Positions 20,984 to 29,488 of a stretch of DNA of 64,000 bases are shown here, in pieces. The position numbers and the translations under genes were made by a program. The stretch is from Candidatus Poribacteria bacterium (GTDB taxonomy: Bacteria; Poribacteria; WGA-4E; WGA-3G). Within the stretch, counting starts at the first letter, position 1. The number at the start of each line of letters is the position of its first letter. A model generated the notes under the pieces. That model was not told where the DNA came from and did not search any database. It worked only from the letters and a program-made list of their open reading frames with translations. The stretch lies in the NCBI GenBank assembly GCA_964291315.2, contig OZ219753.1, positions 704,001 to 768,000 on the forward strand, given 5' to 3'.

Positions 20984-21104
20984 TCGAACCCAGCAGAACG
21001 CACACGGCCAGCGAGTTTTAATAGAGCCCCGTGTAACATTGAAAAAATAGTGTTGAGACAGTTGATAAGGATCGGGTATAATATATTGATGGCTTCCATA
21101 AAGT
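20984..21104 (+). promoter_or_regulatory. Putative CRISPR leader with promoter
   Basis: AT-rich segment between the cas1 remnant and repeat 1; TTGAGA (21053-58)-18 nt-TATAAT (21077-82). Confidence 0.55.
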
Positions 21105-21382
21105 CTTTTAATCGAACCAGTATGGAATCAAAACTATTTACGAATCGAAACAGTATCTTATTGGCTGTGGCTTTTAATCGAACCAGTTTGGAATCAAAAC
21201 TCACTAGGTATGCCGAGCAGTGATAGTTGCATCCTTTATAATCGAACCAGTATGGAATCAAAACAAATGCGATACACTGAATAAGCCTAAGACAGCCTCC
21301 CTTTATGGAATTGAAACAATACCCCACCACCGGACAGTGCGGATCATCTAAACTTTTAATCGAACCAGTAAGGTTTAGTAAG
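21105..21382 (+). CRISPR. Degenerate mini-CRISPR array, 5 repeats / 4 spacers
   Basis: 30-bp consensus CTTTTAATCGAACCAGTATGGAATCAAAAC at 21105-34, 21171-200 and ~21234-64; internally deleted copy CTTTATGGAATTGAAAC at 21301-17; degenerate terminal copy from 21353. Unique spacers of 36, ~33, 36 and 35 nt. Next to the cas1 remnant. Confidence 0.9.
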
Positions 21383-21455
21383 CGATCTCTTACCTTTTTT
21401 CGGTATTTCGCGGTACACTTGGAAATTATAGATTTACAAAGGAGAATTTACCAGA

Positions 21456-21656
21456 ATGCTTTTCCTGCCTTCGTTGATTGTATTCATTGTAGCAAAGCGG
21501 CGGTGGCTGAAGGGCATCGCTGTGTTAATATTGGCTATTGGGTTATTGTCACAACCGGAGTCCGTATATTATAAACTTATTGCGATCGCAATTTTTTATC
21601 CAATCATCTATCTTATTGTCCGTTTTATTCGTAAGAAACTGGGAGAAAAGGGCTAG
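21456..21656 (+). CDS. Small hydrophobic membrane protein, 66 aa, unknown function
   Basis: Two or three hydrophobic segments with basic flanks (KRRW, RKKL); AAGGAG about 11 nt upstream. Could be a gene fragment. Confidence 0.45.
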   Translation: MLFLPSLIVFIVAKRRWLKGIAVLILAIGLLSQPESVYYKLIAIAIFYPIIYLIVRFIRKKLGEKG

Positions 21657-21684
21657 CAAATTTAACTGTGAAGCCTTTTCGGCG

Positions 21685-21713
21685 TTGCTTGTTTTTCTAT
21701 GTTGTATTATAAT
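21685..21713 (+). promoter_or_regulatory. Sigma70-type promoter of zorA
   Basis: TTGCTT-17 nt-TATAAT, then AAGGAGG Shine-Dalgarno before ATG 21744. Confidence 0.55.
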
Positions 21714-21743
21714 TGCGAATGATCAGATTTGTAAGGAGGGTTT

Positions 21744-23879
21744 ATGGATGTTTTTATCTTTACAATAATATATATTTTGGTCCAAATTGTTCTTGTAGGT
21801 GTGGTGTGGCACCTTCTGAAGAATAGATGGCATACACATGCCAACACAGCGGCATCAATTCTAACAATTATTGGTATATTTGGAACATTTGGGGGAATCT
21901 ATTGGGGACTTCAAGATTTCGATATTGTAAATATTGAACGGAGCATTCCTGATTTATTAGGGGGTCTAAAACTTGCTTTCCTAACCTCGCTTGCCGGTAT
22001 TTTGTCTGCAATTATTTTGAAAGGAAGGTCCTGGGTAATTAGCATCCAGGATTCGGATGAAGGTACAACGCTGGACAAGTTTGTAGATCAGTTAACAGCA
22101 ACGCTCAAAAATGTTCAAACGTCGGGCGAAATGAATCTTTTAGCGCAAATGGTAACATTGAACAAAACGATTAAAGATGAAGGTATCGAAACCCGCGGTG
22201 CTTTAGGTAGTATTAAAGACGATCTGGCTGGTATTCATACGTCTCTGACTGGAGGGCAACATGAGACTGTTGTGCAATTACGCGGGTTAACAACTACTGT
22301 TTCGGAGAAGCATGATACTTTAACTGCAGCTATTGTCGAAAAACATGAGGATCTGATCGCATTACAGAGGGAAGAGGGTATCAAAACGCGTGAAACGTTA
22401 GCTAATTTGCAGGGGGCACTTACTGAGGGTCAAGGTGCTTTGAATACGCAATTGGAAAAGTTAGCGGTGACTTTTTCCGAGAAGCATGATTCACTGATAA
22501 AGGAGTTCCATGCGTTTTCTGAGAATGTTGCTGAAGGTATTGCGAAACTTGCGACTGATGAATTGATTGAGGCGCTTAAGAGTGTGATTGAAGATTTTAA
22601 TGCCAAGATTACTGAGCAGTTTGGTGAAAATTTCAAGCAGCTAAACGAAGCGGTTGGGAAAACGGTCGAGTGGCAAGAGCAGTACCGTCAACAGATGGAT
22701 GAGCTGGCTAATGAATTTCGGATTGCAGCAGAGAGTATTGAAAAATCCAGAGAAGCGGTTGCGTCAATAGCGGAATCGTCAAATACAATTGCGGTCCGGA
22801 GCGAGCGTATTGTGGATTGTACTGAAAAATTGGATCCGATTCTTCACACGCTAAACGATCAATTGGATGCTTTCAGTGCCTTGCGTGAAAGGGCGCTTGA
22901 AGCGTTTCCGCTGATTGAGGAGAGATTAGACGAACTTACAACGGGTTTCTCGAGTACTGTTCAGACAGCAATTGCCGATTCACAGAAAAGCGTAGAGTCC
23001 CAGCGCGGGGCGCTAGCAGAACAAACTGAACTTATAGAGAGGGTCGTTGGAGATAACACTGAAAAATTCGATCGGCTTAGTGTGCGCTTTTCGGAGTCCG
23101 TTGAAACTACTATTGCTCAGGCTCACGCTAGCATGAATCAGCAACGGGAGGCGTTAACAGAACGATTTGGGGAGCTTGAAAGTAGCACTGCGGCTGCTAG
23201 CAGAGAATTTCAGGAAACTATAGCTGGTGTTGGATCTCAGCTTGACGATGTGTTTGAGAGAAGTAAAGACCATATGGTTCAGTTAGCGACGAGCTTTGCT
23301 AGAAACCTCACCCAGCGATTGGAAGACACTTTAAATGAGGTGACGACAGCTTTTTCTGATACGGTGGCGACGGCTATCGGTGATTCCCATAGAAGTATGG
23401 AATCTCAACGTACGGCATTGGATAACTATAGCACAACTCTTCAAACAACCATAAATGAGGTGACGACAGCTTTTTCTGATACAGTGGCGGCGGCTATCAG
23501 CGATTCCCATAGAAGTATGGAATCTCAACGTACGGCATTGGATAACCATGGAACCACTCTTCAAACAACCATAAACGCACTTGGAGGACGAGTCAATGAT
23601 ACAATGCAAGAGGTCTCGCAGACGGCTGATGCGTCTCAATCTGCTATAAAAGTTCAACAACAGGCGGTGTCACGTCTTACCGATGAATTGCAATTAAACT
23701 TCAATAGATTGGAGACAGAACTGGAAGCAAGTTTGACAAAATCTCTGAATTTATTAGGAGGAAGGCTTGCAGGACTCTCTGAAAAGTTTGTTGAGGATTA
23801 TAGTCCATTAACAGAAGAACTTCATAAACTTGTAAACTTGGCAAAAAGTAATCAGAGGGATGACGATTTCCCGTATTAA
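21744..23879 (+). CDS. zorA: Zorya ZorA-like protein (MotA/ExbB-type TM domain plus long helical cytoplasmic tail)
   Basis: LTIIGIFGTFGGIYWGL...SIPDLLGGLKLAFLTSLAG; tail motif LIEALKSVIEDFNAKITEQFGENFKQLNEAV...WQEQYR; followed by MotB-like and HNH genes. Confidence 0.85.
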   Translation: MDVFIFTIIYILVQIVLVGVVWHLLKNRWHTHANTAASILTIIGIFGTFGGIYWGLQDFDIVNIERSIPDLLGGLKLAFLTSLAGILSAIILKGRSWVISIQDSDEGTTLDKFVDQLTATLKNVQTSGEMNLLAQMVTLNKTIKDEGIETRGALGSIKDDLAGIHTSLTGGQHETVVQLRGLTTTVSEKHDTLTAAIVEKHEDLIALQREEGIKTRETLANLQGALTEGQGALNTQLEKLAVTFSEKHDSLIKEFHAFSENVAEGIAKLATDELIEALKSVIEDFNAKITEQFGENFKQLNEAVGKTVEWQEQYRQQMDELANEFRIAAESIEKSREAVASIAESSNTIAVRSERIVDCTEKLDPILHTLNDQLDAFSALRERALEAFPLIEERLDELTTGFSSTVQTAIADSQKSVESQRGALAEQTELIERVVGDNTEKFDRLSVRFSESVETTIAQAHASMNQQREALTERFGELESSTAAASREFQETIAGVGSQLDDVFERSKDHMVQLATSFARNLTQRLEDTLNEVTTAFSDTVATAIGDSHRSMESQRTALDNYSTTLQTTINEVTTAFSDTVAAAISDSHRSMESQRTALDNHGTTLQTTINALGGRVNDTMQEVSQTADASQSAIKVQQQAVSRLTDELQLNFNRLETELEASLTKSLNLLGGRLAGLSEKFVEDYSPLTEELHKLVNLAKSNQRDDDFPY
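23332..23574 (+). repeat. In-frame 120-bp (40-aa) tandem duplication in the zorA tail
   Basis: Two near-identical units NEVTTAFSDTVA(T/A)AI(G/S)DSHRSMESQRTALDN(YS/HG)TTLQTTI with period 120 nt. Confidence 0.95.
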
Positions 23880-23938
23880 CAGATCGTTATCGGTTATGTT
23901 CAGGGAAAAGAGGGGCTTGATCGTATCGTATTTCGTCG

Positions 23939-24133
23939 GCTTGATAATTAGTGGGTTCATCTACGGAGGCACAGGAAACCGACAGCTTATGCTATAAGCA
24001 CTATGGCATAGGCTGCTAGTCTATGCTAAGGGCTACTGCACAGGCTGCCAGCCTATGCTACAGGTGCTGCTGCATAGGAAACCGACAGCCTAGGCTACAA
24101 GGATTATGGCACAGCAGAACAGGTTCTGCTACA
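23939..24133. repeat. REP-like (GTAG-type) palindrome cluster, ~5 units, between zorA and zorB
   Basis: Units such as GCACAGGCTGCCAGCCTATGCTACA; the reverse complement begins GTAG followed by an imperfect palindrome. Confidence 0.8.
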
Positions 24134-24192
24134 GAAGAACTCTACTCACTCTTTTTTCATTCACGTTATCATGGAAGGAAGGGGGTTAATAC

Positions 24193-25149
24193 ATGATCGA
24201 GAGATTGTTTAGTACACAGGGACAGGAGACTGAGGAACACTGGGTCTCTATATCTGATGTGATGACAGGGTTAATGGTTATATTTCTCTTTATCGCTATT
24301 AGTTATATGGTGAATGCTAAGAACAAAACCGATCGAATTGATGAACAGCTTCAAGCTTACGCCAAGTTGCGGGAGGATCTGTCTAAAGAGTTGGAGGAAG
24401 AATTTGAGGGAACTCGGGAAAAAAGAGAGAAGTTTCGGGAGGAGTGGCGGGGGCATTTGGATAAGACAACGCTAGCTATCGGTTTTAAGGAGCAATTTCC
24501 ACAAGGCAAAGCTCATCCTCCGAATGCTTTCAGAGCGATCTTACGCGATTTTATTCCGCGCTACATCGGTATTTTAACCAAGGCTAAGTATAAAGATGAG
24601 ATATCGGAGATTCGTATTGAGGGTCATACTTCTAGTGAGTGGTTTGAGCAGGTCACTGGGAATGAGGCGTATATTAGGAACATGGAGTTATCTCAAAATC
24701 GGGCGAGAAATGTGCTTGATTATGTTCTATGGTTGGCACATCGGAAAGATGGTGCGTGGTTGCGGAAACATTTGACTGCTCATGGGTTATCCTCTAGCCA
24801 GCTCAGACTAAATCTGGATGCTGTCTATTCGCGTCCTACGAACACTTATCGTATCGTAGAAAGGGAATCAGGTATTTCGTCAGGAGAGATTCGTCAATTG
24901 CACCAACAGATTCGTCGTTTGTCAAAAGACAGCAGGGGTAGCCGAGAAGATGTTGTCGCCACGCTTAGGCAAAAATTGCCGGGGTCTGAATATAGTGCTG
25001 TAGACATAGAGAGAGCGGTAGATCTCCTGATGGAAAATAGGGGCGAGTCTCGGCGGGTCGAATTCCGGGTTGTTACAAAATCTGAAAAACTTATTGAGGA
25101 ACTTCGGCAAGTTATGAAACTAGATGATAGATTAGGAGAGATAGATTGA
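24193..25149 (+). CDS. zorB: Zorya ZorB-like protein (MotB/OmpA family)
   Basis: EEHWVSISDVMTGLMVIFLFIAI (TM with conserved Asp), IRIEGHTSSEW, NMELSQNRARNVL, SRRVEFRV. Confidence 0.88.
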   Translation: MIERLFSTQGQETEEHWVSISDVMTGLMVIFLFIAISYMVNAKNKTDRIDEQLQAYAKLREDLSKELEEEFEGTREKREKFREEWRGHLDKTTLAIGFKEQFPQGKAHPPNAFRAILRDFIPRYIGILTKAKYKDEISEIRIEGHTSSEWFEQVTGNEAYIRNMELSQNRARNVLDYVLWLAHRKDGAWLRKHLTAHGLSSSQLRLNLDAVYSRPTNTYRIVERESGISSGEIRQLHQQIRRLSKDSRGSREDVVATLRQKLPGSEYSAVDIERAVDLLMENRGESRRVEFRVVTKSEKLIEELRQVMKLDDRLGEID

Positions 25150-25988
25150 ACCTGCCAACAGTATTTCCAGAATTAGATAAACTTTTAAAGAAGATGAAGG
25201 TATCATCTATCCCGATTATAGATACCATTGATATTAAATTGGTACGGGACGGCGTAATTGTTCCTTCACCGAGCGATTATATAATTGTTGATGGAATTCC
25301 TACAGTTAAAGATAGGAAAGTTGTTCTTCATCTACAAGACGCTTGGAATTATCAAAGCAGATACGGTAGCTATCCTAAGTACCATGTTGTGAACTGTACA
25401 ACGCTTCAAGATATGCAAAGAAGAGGGGAGTATGATAGGTACCATGCAACAAGAAGATCGAGTGGCAATTTTCTAGTGAAACTTTCTAGTAGCGATGAAT
25501 TAAGCCCTTATAAGCTCAAGCTCTGTAGAAATTGTTTGGGTGAATTAGAGCAGATGTATGGTTTGGGTGTGTTTCCTAAAGATCCAGCGAAATTCCCGCT
25601 TGCAGATTGGCTTGAGTCTTTTGATTATGAGTTTGATTATTCATCGCCGGAGTGGCAGGAGCGTTCTAAAGCTTGCCGTGAAAGAGCACATTGGAGGTGT
25701 GCGGCATGCAGTATTGACCTAAAAGATGATCCTTATTTTCTGCATGCACACCATAAATGGGGGACAATATTTAACGATTCTGAGGACTTAGTGGCACTCT
25801 GTATCGGTTGTCACGCGGAGCAGCCCGGGGATGGTCATCAACTCTTAAGAAATTATCCGGCATATCGAAAATTCATGGAGAAATATGGAAGTAGACCGCG
25901 CCCTGTTATTAGGACTCATCAACATCAGGTTTTTCAGCAACAAGCTGGGTATCTTACAGAGGTTACGGAAGAGGACATACCGCTCTAA
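25146..25988 (+). CDS. zorE: HNH endonuclease, ZorE-like effector
   Basis: KYHVVNCTTL, LCRNCL, CAAC...LHAHH...DLVALCIGCHAEQP; overlaps the zorB stop codon. Confidence 0.78.
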   Translation: MNLPTVFPELDKLLKKMKVSSIPIIDTIDIKLVRDGVIVPSPSDYIIVDGIPTVKDRKVVLHLQDAWNYQSRYGSYPKYHVVNCTTLQDMQRRGEYDRYHATRRSSGNFLVKLSSSDELSPYKLKLCRNCLGELEQMYGLGVFPKDPAKFPLADWLESFDYEFDYSSPEWQERSKACRERAHWRCAACSIDLKDDPYFLHAHHKWGTIFNDSEDLVALCIGCHAEQPGDGHQLLRNYPAYRKFMEKYGSRPRPVIRTHQHQVFQQQAGYLTEVTEEDIPL

Positions 25989-26026
25989 GCTGTTTGCATT
26001 GCTGGTGAGGTTCTACTTTAACGCGA

Positions 26027-26179
26027 GCTTGATAATTAGTAGTGGGTTCACCCTGCGGAGGCACAGGAAACCGACAGTCTCTGCTACAAGGGCGGAGGCA
26101 CAGGAAACCGACAGTCTCTGCTACAAGCACTACGGCACAGGCTGCCAGTCTATGCTACAAGAACAACCTATGCTACAGG
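26027..26179. repeat. REP-like cluster between the convergent zorE and R-M genes
   Basis: Exact 36-bp repeat GCGGAGGCACAGGAAACCGACAGTCTCTGCTACAAG at 26055-90 and 26092-127, plus further units; same leading sequence (GCTTGATAATTAGT..GGGTTCA) as the 23939 cluster. Confidence 0.85.
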
Positions 26180-26196
26180 AACTGAGGAGGCAGAGG

Positions 26197-29100
26197 TTAC
26201 CATAAGATTGTGTCAATTTGCTGCATGAGGGTGAGGGTTTCCGCAATAGAGACTAAGATGGCACGATAATGCCGTACCTCCTCATGACGCAACGTCTCCC
26301 CGCGACGATCCCGAAGCCACTTCTCACAGACCTGATACGAGCCGATCTTATACGCCCAAACCTCCGGCGGTACGTCTGTGAAATATTGCGTGGCATTCAT
26401 CCAAACAGCGCCCTCCACATAACGCACCTTTCCAACAACGCCATCTCCTACGCCCTCAAAGCGGTGACGCGCGGGAATTTCTACGTCTTTCAAGAGGTGC
26501 CAGTTCATGAGGTGCTGCCCGAGCGATGCGAGTGTGTGGAACTGCTCACGGTTGCGCGGCATGGGGATACGCGGGTAGTCGTATTTGAGGAAGTCGTAGT
26601 ACCGTTTGCGATAGGTGGGGCTATGGAGCAGTGCGTAGAGATAGGCGAGGATCTGCTCGGGTGAGACGCGTTCGGGCAGCTGGAAGGGTTGAACCTGCTG
26701 GGCATCTAGCGCGCCTGAGAGCGCGGTGAGGAAGGTTGGTTTGAAATTGAGGGAGCGTTCTGTGTTAAGTCCTAATTCTTTGGGATTTGGATAGAGATAG
26801 AGCGGGAATACATGACCAGATTCACTTCCACTGTTGGATATATAACGGTTTTCTGTAATTGTATCGGTTACCAGGGCATGTTGCCACACAGGCCCTGTAA
26901 CAATACGACATGTGCCGAGGGCAAGGTTTTCGCTGCGTAAATGCGGCATAATCGCCGGTCGTGGCCTACAGTGAAAGCCGCGCGACCGTCCTGTGTAGTA
27001 GGTCCAGCGCGTGTCAAACGGCCGGTAATTGATCGGCACAATGTGCTGTTCTGTGTTCGGATGATTGCGGAGGTCTGCTTGGGCGAGATGTACCTGCCAA
27101 TCTTGGCTGTCTTTTGGCAACCCGTATTTTTCGCGGGCCTTTTCTATAGGGAGCGAGACAAAGTCGGTTACGGTGTCGCGAACATCTTCGGCAGTGCGAT
27201 GGATTGTTAACTTATCTCGGGCGGTAACAACCCCGATTGAGCTTGCTTGAAAGATGTCGGTAATTTGCCATCCGTTTTCATACTCAGTCTTGTGCTCTGT
27301 TACTTGTGGCACAAGAAGATAGTGGGGTGAGGTCGGTTGCAATTCACTCCACTCAGTGGTTTGCACGTCTATCTGTGAAAGTGTTTCATATTTTTCTTTT
27401 CGGCTCCCGTATAGGTCTGCATAGTGGACTTTTGCTAGCGCGGGATTATTGTGGTGCTTGACACATAGTAAGATGGTAACCCCGAGTTGTATATCAAATA
27501 CATTTTCATCTTTCTGTCCGTCAGGGACAGATTCTTGTTTTATGATACTCCCGTGTAGGTTGAGTGCATAGATGGTGTTAAAACTGTTTAATAGACTTTG
27601 ACGCATGCCGCGGACGGTGGGGGCTTCAAGGAAATTATTGCTGACAATATAACCGATAATACCTTCGCCATTTTTATCCATGTGCCACTGTGCCCATCGG
27701 ATAAACTTCACATAGTCGTCTTGAAGTGCTTTTGAAGTTGCTTCCCCGAGGGGGACTCCGTCTATCTGTTTGTAATCCTCAATAAGTTCACCGATAAAGG
27801 TTAGCTTTCCCTTCAAACGGCTCGGGTTAAGGGAATGGCGTTTATAAGGCGGATTGCCGAGGATGACGAGGAGGGGTTCGTCGCGTTTGACTGACAACGC
27901 AGCATTCGCCTCCTCGGAGATGAACTCCGTGAACGGCAACGGCGACTGCATCTCTTGCGGCTGCTCTAGTGTGTTGGTGAGGTAGATGCGCAGACGCTCA
28001 TCTGCACGCCAGCCTTGCGATTCTAAGAAGAGACCTAACTTCAAGTGTGCGATGGTATACGGCGCAACAAGCAGCTCAAATCCAAAAATACGACGCACCA
28101 GATCCCCGTTGATATACTGTGCCCATTCCCCCGAGCCGTAGGTCGAGGTGACAGAAGCCTGGATCTGCTCAAGCACTGCCAACAGAAAGCCGCCCGTCCC
28201 CGTCGCTGGGTCGAGGATGAGTGTATCGGTATCCGCGAGACCGTCCGATCTACCGAGCTCTGTTTTCAAGAGGCTATCAATGGATCTGACGATGTAGGAG
28301 ATCACCTGGGGCGGCGTGTAGTAGACACCCCGATCAACCCGACGCTCCGGATTATACGCAGCGAGGAAGGTCTCATAGAAGTGGATAACAGGATCCTCGG
28401 CGTGAGTTCCCGGAGAAAATGCCGTGCGGATCATCTCTGTCTGCACGTTTCGCAGGAGCGTTGCGATGTCGTCGAGGATATAGATAACGTTCGCCTCTAG
28501 CGTTGGCGATGCGATCTGATGAAAGAGCTGCACAAGAAATGGGTTGGATCTGGGAAGGGCTCCTGCGGCGGTGTGTCGTGAGAAGTTCGTGGCGTTTGGC
28601 AGCGTGCATCGGGCGGCGAATAGTCCATAGGCGAGCGTCTGTGCATACATATCCGCAAAATCAGCGGGGGTCAATGTAGAGAGCAGCAGCTCCTTGAAGG
28701 CGGAGAACATCCGATAGAGGTTGCTGTTTTCATTAGTGAGTGCAGCGGCGACTTGCACCTGTAGTTCTCGGGTGCGTCTGGCGAGGTATCTGGCGAGCAC
28801 CTCTGGTGTGGCGATCTGAACGGGTTTGGCGTTTAGGAACCGTTCCAATAACATCTCCAAGTTTGCGGTGCCGTCTCCGGCGCGTGCTTGTGCGTGGAGT
28901 TGTCCGTCTGTCCAGAGCTGGAAGTCGACGAAGTTGGTGAGAATGAAGTTGTCCAAGTTTTCGGTAAATCGTTTGTTCTGCTCTTGTGCGTGTCCTGTGA
29001 GCTTGTTGAGGTCTCTGCGGTTTGATTCGGCTTCGATGTAGCCGATGGGGAGCAGTCCGTCTATTGCGACGAAGTCGGGTCTGCCGATCTGCTCGATATG

Positions 29101-29271
29101 TTTGGGTTCTTGGAGGAAGTGTATGGTATTTCTGTGGAAGTGGTTAGCGGTTGTTTCCGCGAGGAATGCGTGTAGGTGTGGGAAGAGCGAGAGTTCTGAT
29201 GTTGCTGCGGTGTTGGCGCGGGTGTGTTGTATTTTCTGTAGGTAGCGGTTGGTGCGGGTGTGGAAGTCCAT
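26197..29271 (-). CDS. Type IIG / type ISP-like restriction-modification enzyme (nuclease-like N-domain, N6-adenine MTase, C-terminal specificity domain, no helicase)
   Basis: GRPDF...IGYIEAE, DMYAQTLAYGLFAAR, HFYETFLAAY, GVYYTP, ILDPATGTGGFL (motif I), GNPPY (motif IV), YRPFD, IGSYQVCEKWL. Confidence 0.88.
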   Translation of the reverse strand: MDFHTRTNRYLQKIQHTRANTAATSELSLFPHLHAFLAETTANHFHRNTIHFLQEPKHIEQIGRPDFVAIDGLLPIGYIEAESNRRDLNKLTGHAQEQNKRFTENLDNFILTNFVDFQLWTDGQLHAQARAGDGTANLEMLLERFLNAKPVQIATPEVLARYLARRTRELQVQVAAALTNENSNLYRMFSAFKELLLSTLTPADFADMYAQTLAYGLFAARCTLPNATNFSRHTAAGALPRSNPFLVQLFHQIASPTLEANVIYILDDIATLLRNVQTEMIRTAFSPGTHAEDPVIHFYETFLAAYNPERRVDRGVYYTPPQVISYIVRSIDSLLKTELGRSDGLADTDTLILDPATGTGGFLLAVLEQIQASVTSTYGSGEWAQYINGDLVRRIFGFELLVAPYTIAHLKLGLFLESQGWRADERLRIYLTNTLEQPQEMQSPLPFTEFISEEANAALSVKRDEPLLVILGNPPYKRHSLNPSRLKGKLTFIGELIEDYKQIDGVPLGEATSKALQDDYVKFIRWAQWHMDKNGEGIIGYIVSNNFLEAPTVRGMRQSLLNSFNTIYALNLHGSIIKQESVPDGQKDENVFDIQLGVTILLCVKHHNNPALAKVHYADLYGSRKEKYETLSQIDVQTTEWSELQPTSPHYLLVPQVTEHKTEYENGWQITDIFQASSIGVVTARDKLTIHRTAEDVRDTVTDFVSLPIEKAREKYGLPKDSQDWQVHLAQADLRNHPNTEQHIVPINYRPFDTRWTYYTGRSRGFHCRPRPAIMPHLRSENLALGTCRIVTGPVWQHALVTDTITENRYISNSGSESGHVFPLYLYPNPKELGLNTERSLNFKPTFLTALSGALDAQQVQPFQLPERVSPEQILAYLYALLHSPTYRKRYYDFLKYDYPRIPMPRNREQFHTLASLGQHLMNWHLLKDVEIPARHRFEGVGDGVVGKVRYVEGAVWMNATQYFTDVPPEVWAYKIGSYQVCEKWLRDRRGETLRHEEVRHYRAILVSIAETLTLMQQIDTILW

Positions 29272-29380
29272 ATGTTGTTTTGAGGTTAATCCTGTTTAGG
29301 TTGAGGTGGCACAGACGGCTCGTCTATGCTACAAGAAGTGTCTGGGCTACACACAATGGTTTATTTCTGACGTTTACGTT

Positions 29381-29409
29381 ATTATACGGGTTTTGGTGGT
29401 TAGGTGCAA
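29381..29409 (-). promoter_or_regulatory. Sigma70-type promoter of the R-M gene; a single REP unit (29308-29335) lies in its 5' UTR
   Basis: Minus strand TTGCAC-17 nt-TATAAT. Confidence 0.5.
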
Positions 29410-29488
29410 GTGTTTTCGGAATGTGTGTCCAGAAATTTTTCAAATTATAAGGAAGTAAGGTAGCGACATGTTCACACCGTTCACTTAT

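Noticed and set aside
21265-21300. Spacer 3 start (AAATGCGATACACT) resembles the HD promoter region (AAATGATACACT, ~20659)
   Set aside because: Only about 12 nt with a 2-nt gap in AT-rich DNA; not distinguishable from chance.
21744-25149. Flagellar motA/motB or exbB/exbD
   Set aside because: The long helical tail, the adjacent HNH gene and the absence of flagellar or TonB genes indicate Zorya.
23939-26179. Integron attC sites with gene cassettes
   Set aside because: No integrase in the window and no clear RYYYAAC/GTTRRRY core sites; kept only as a REP-module observation.
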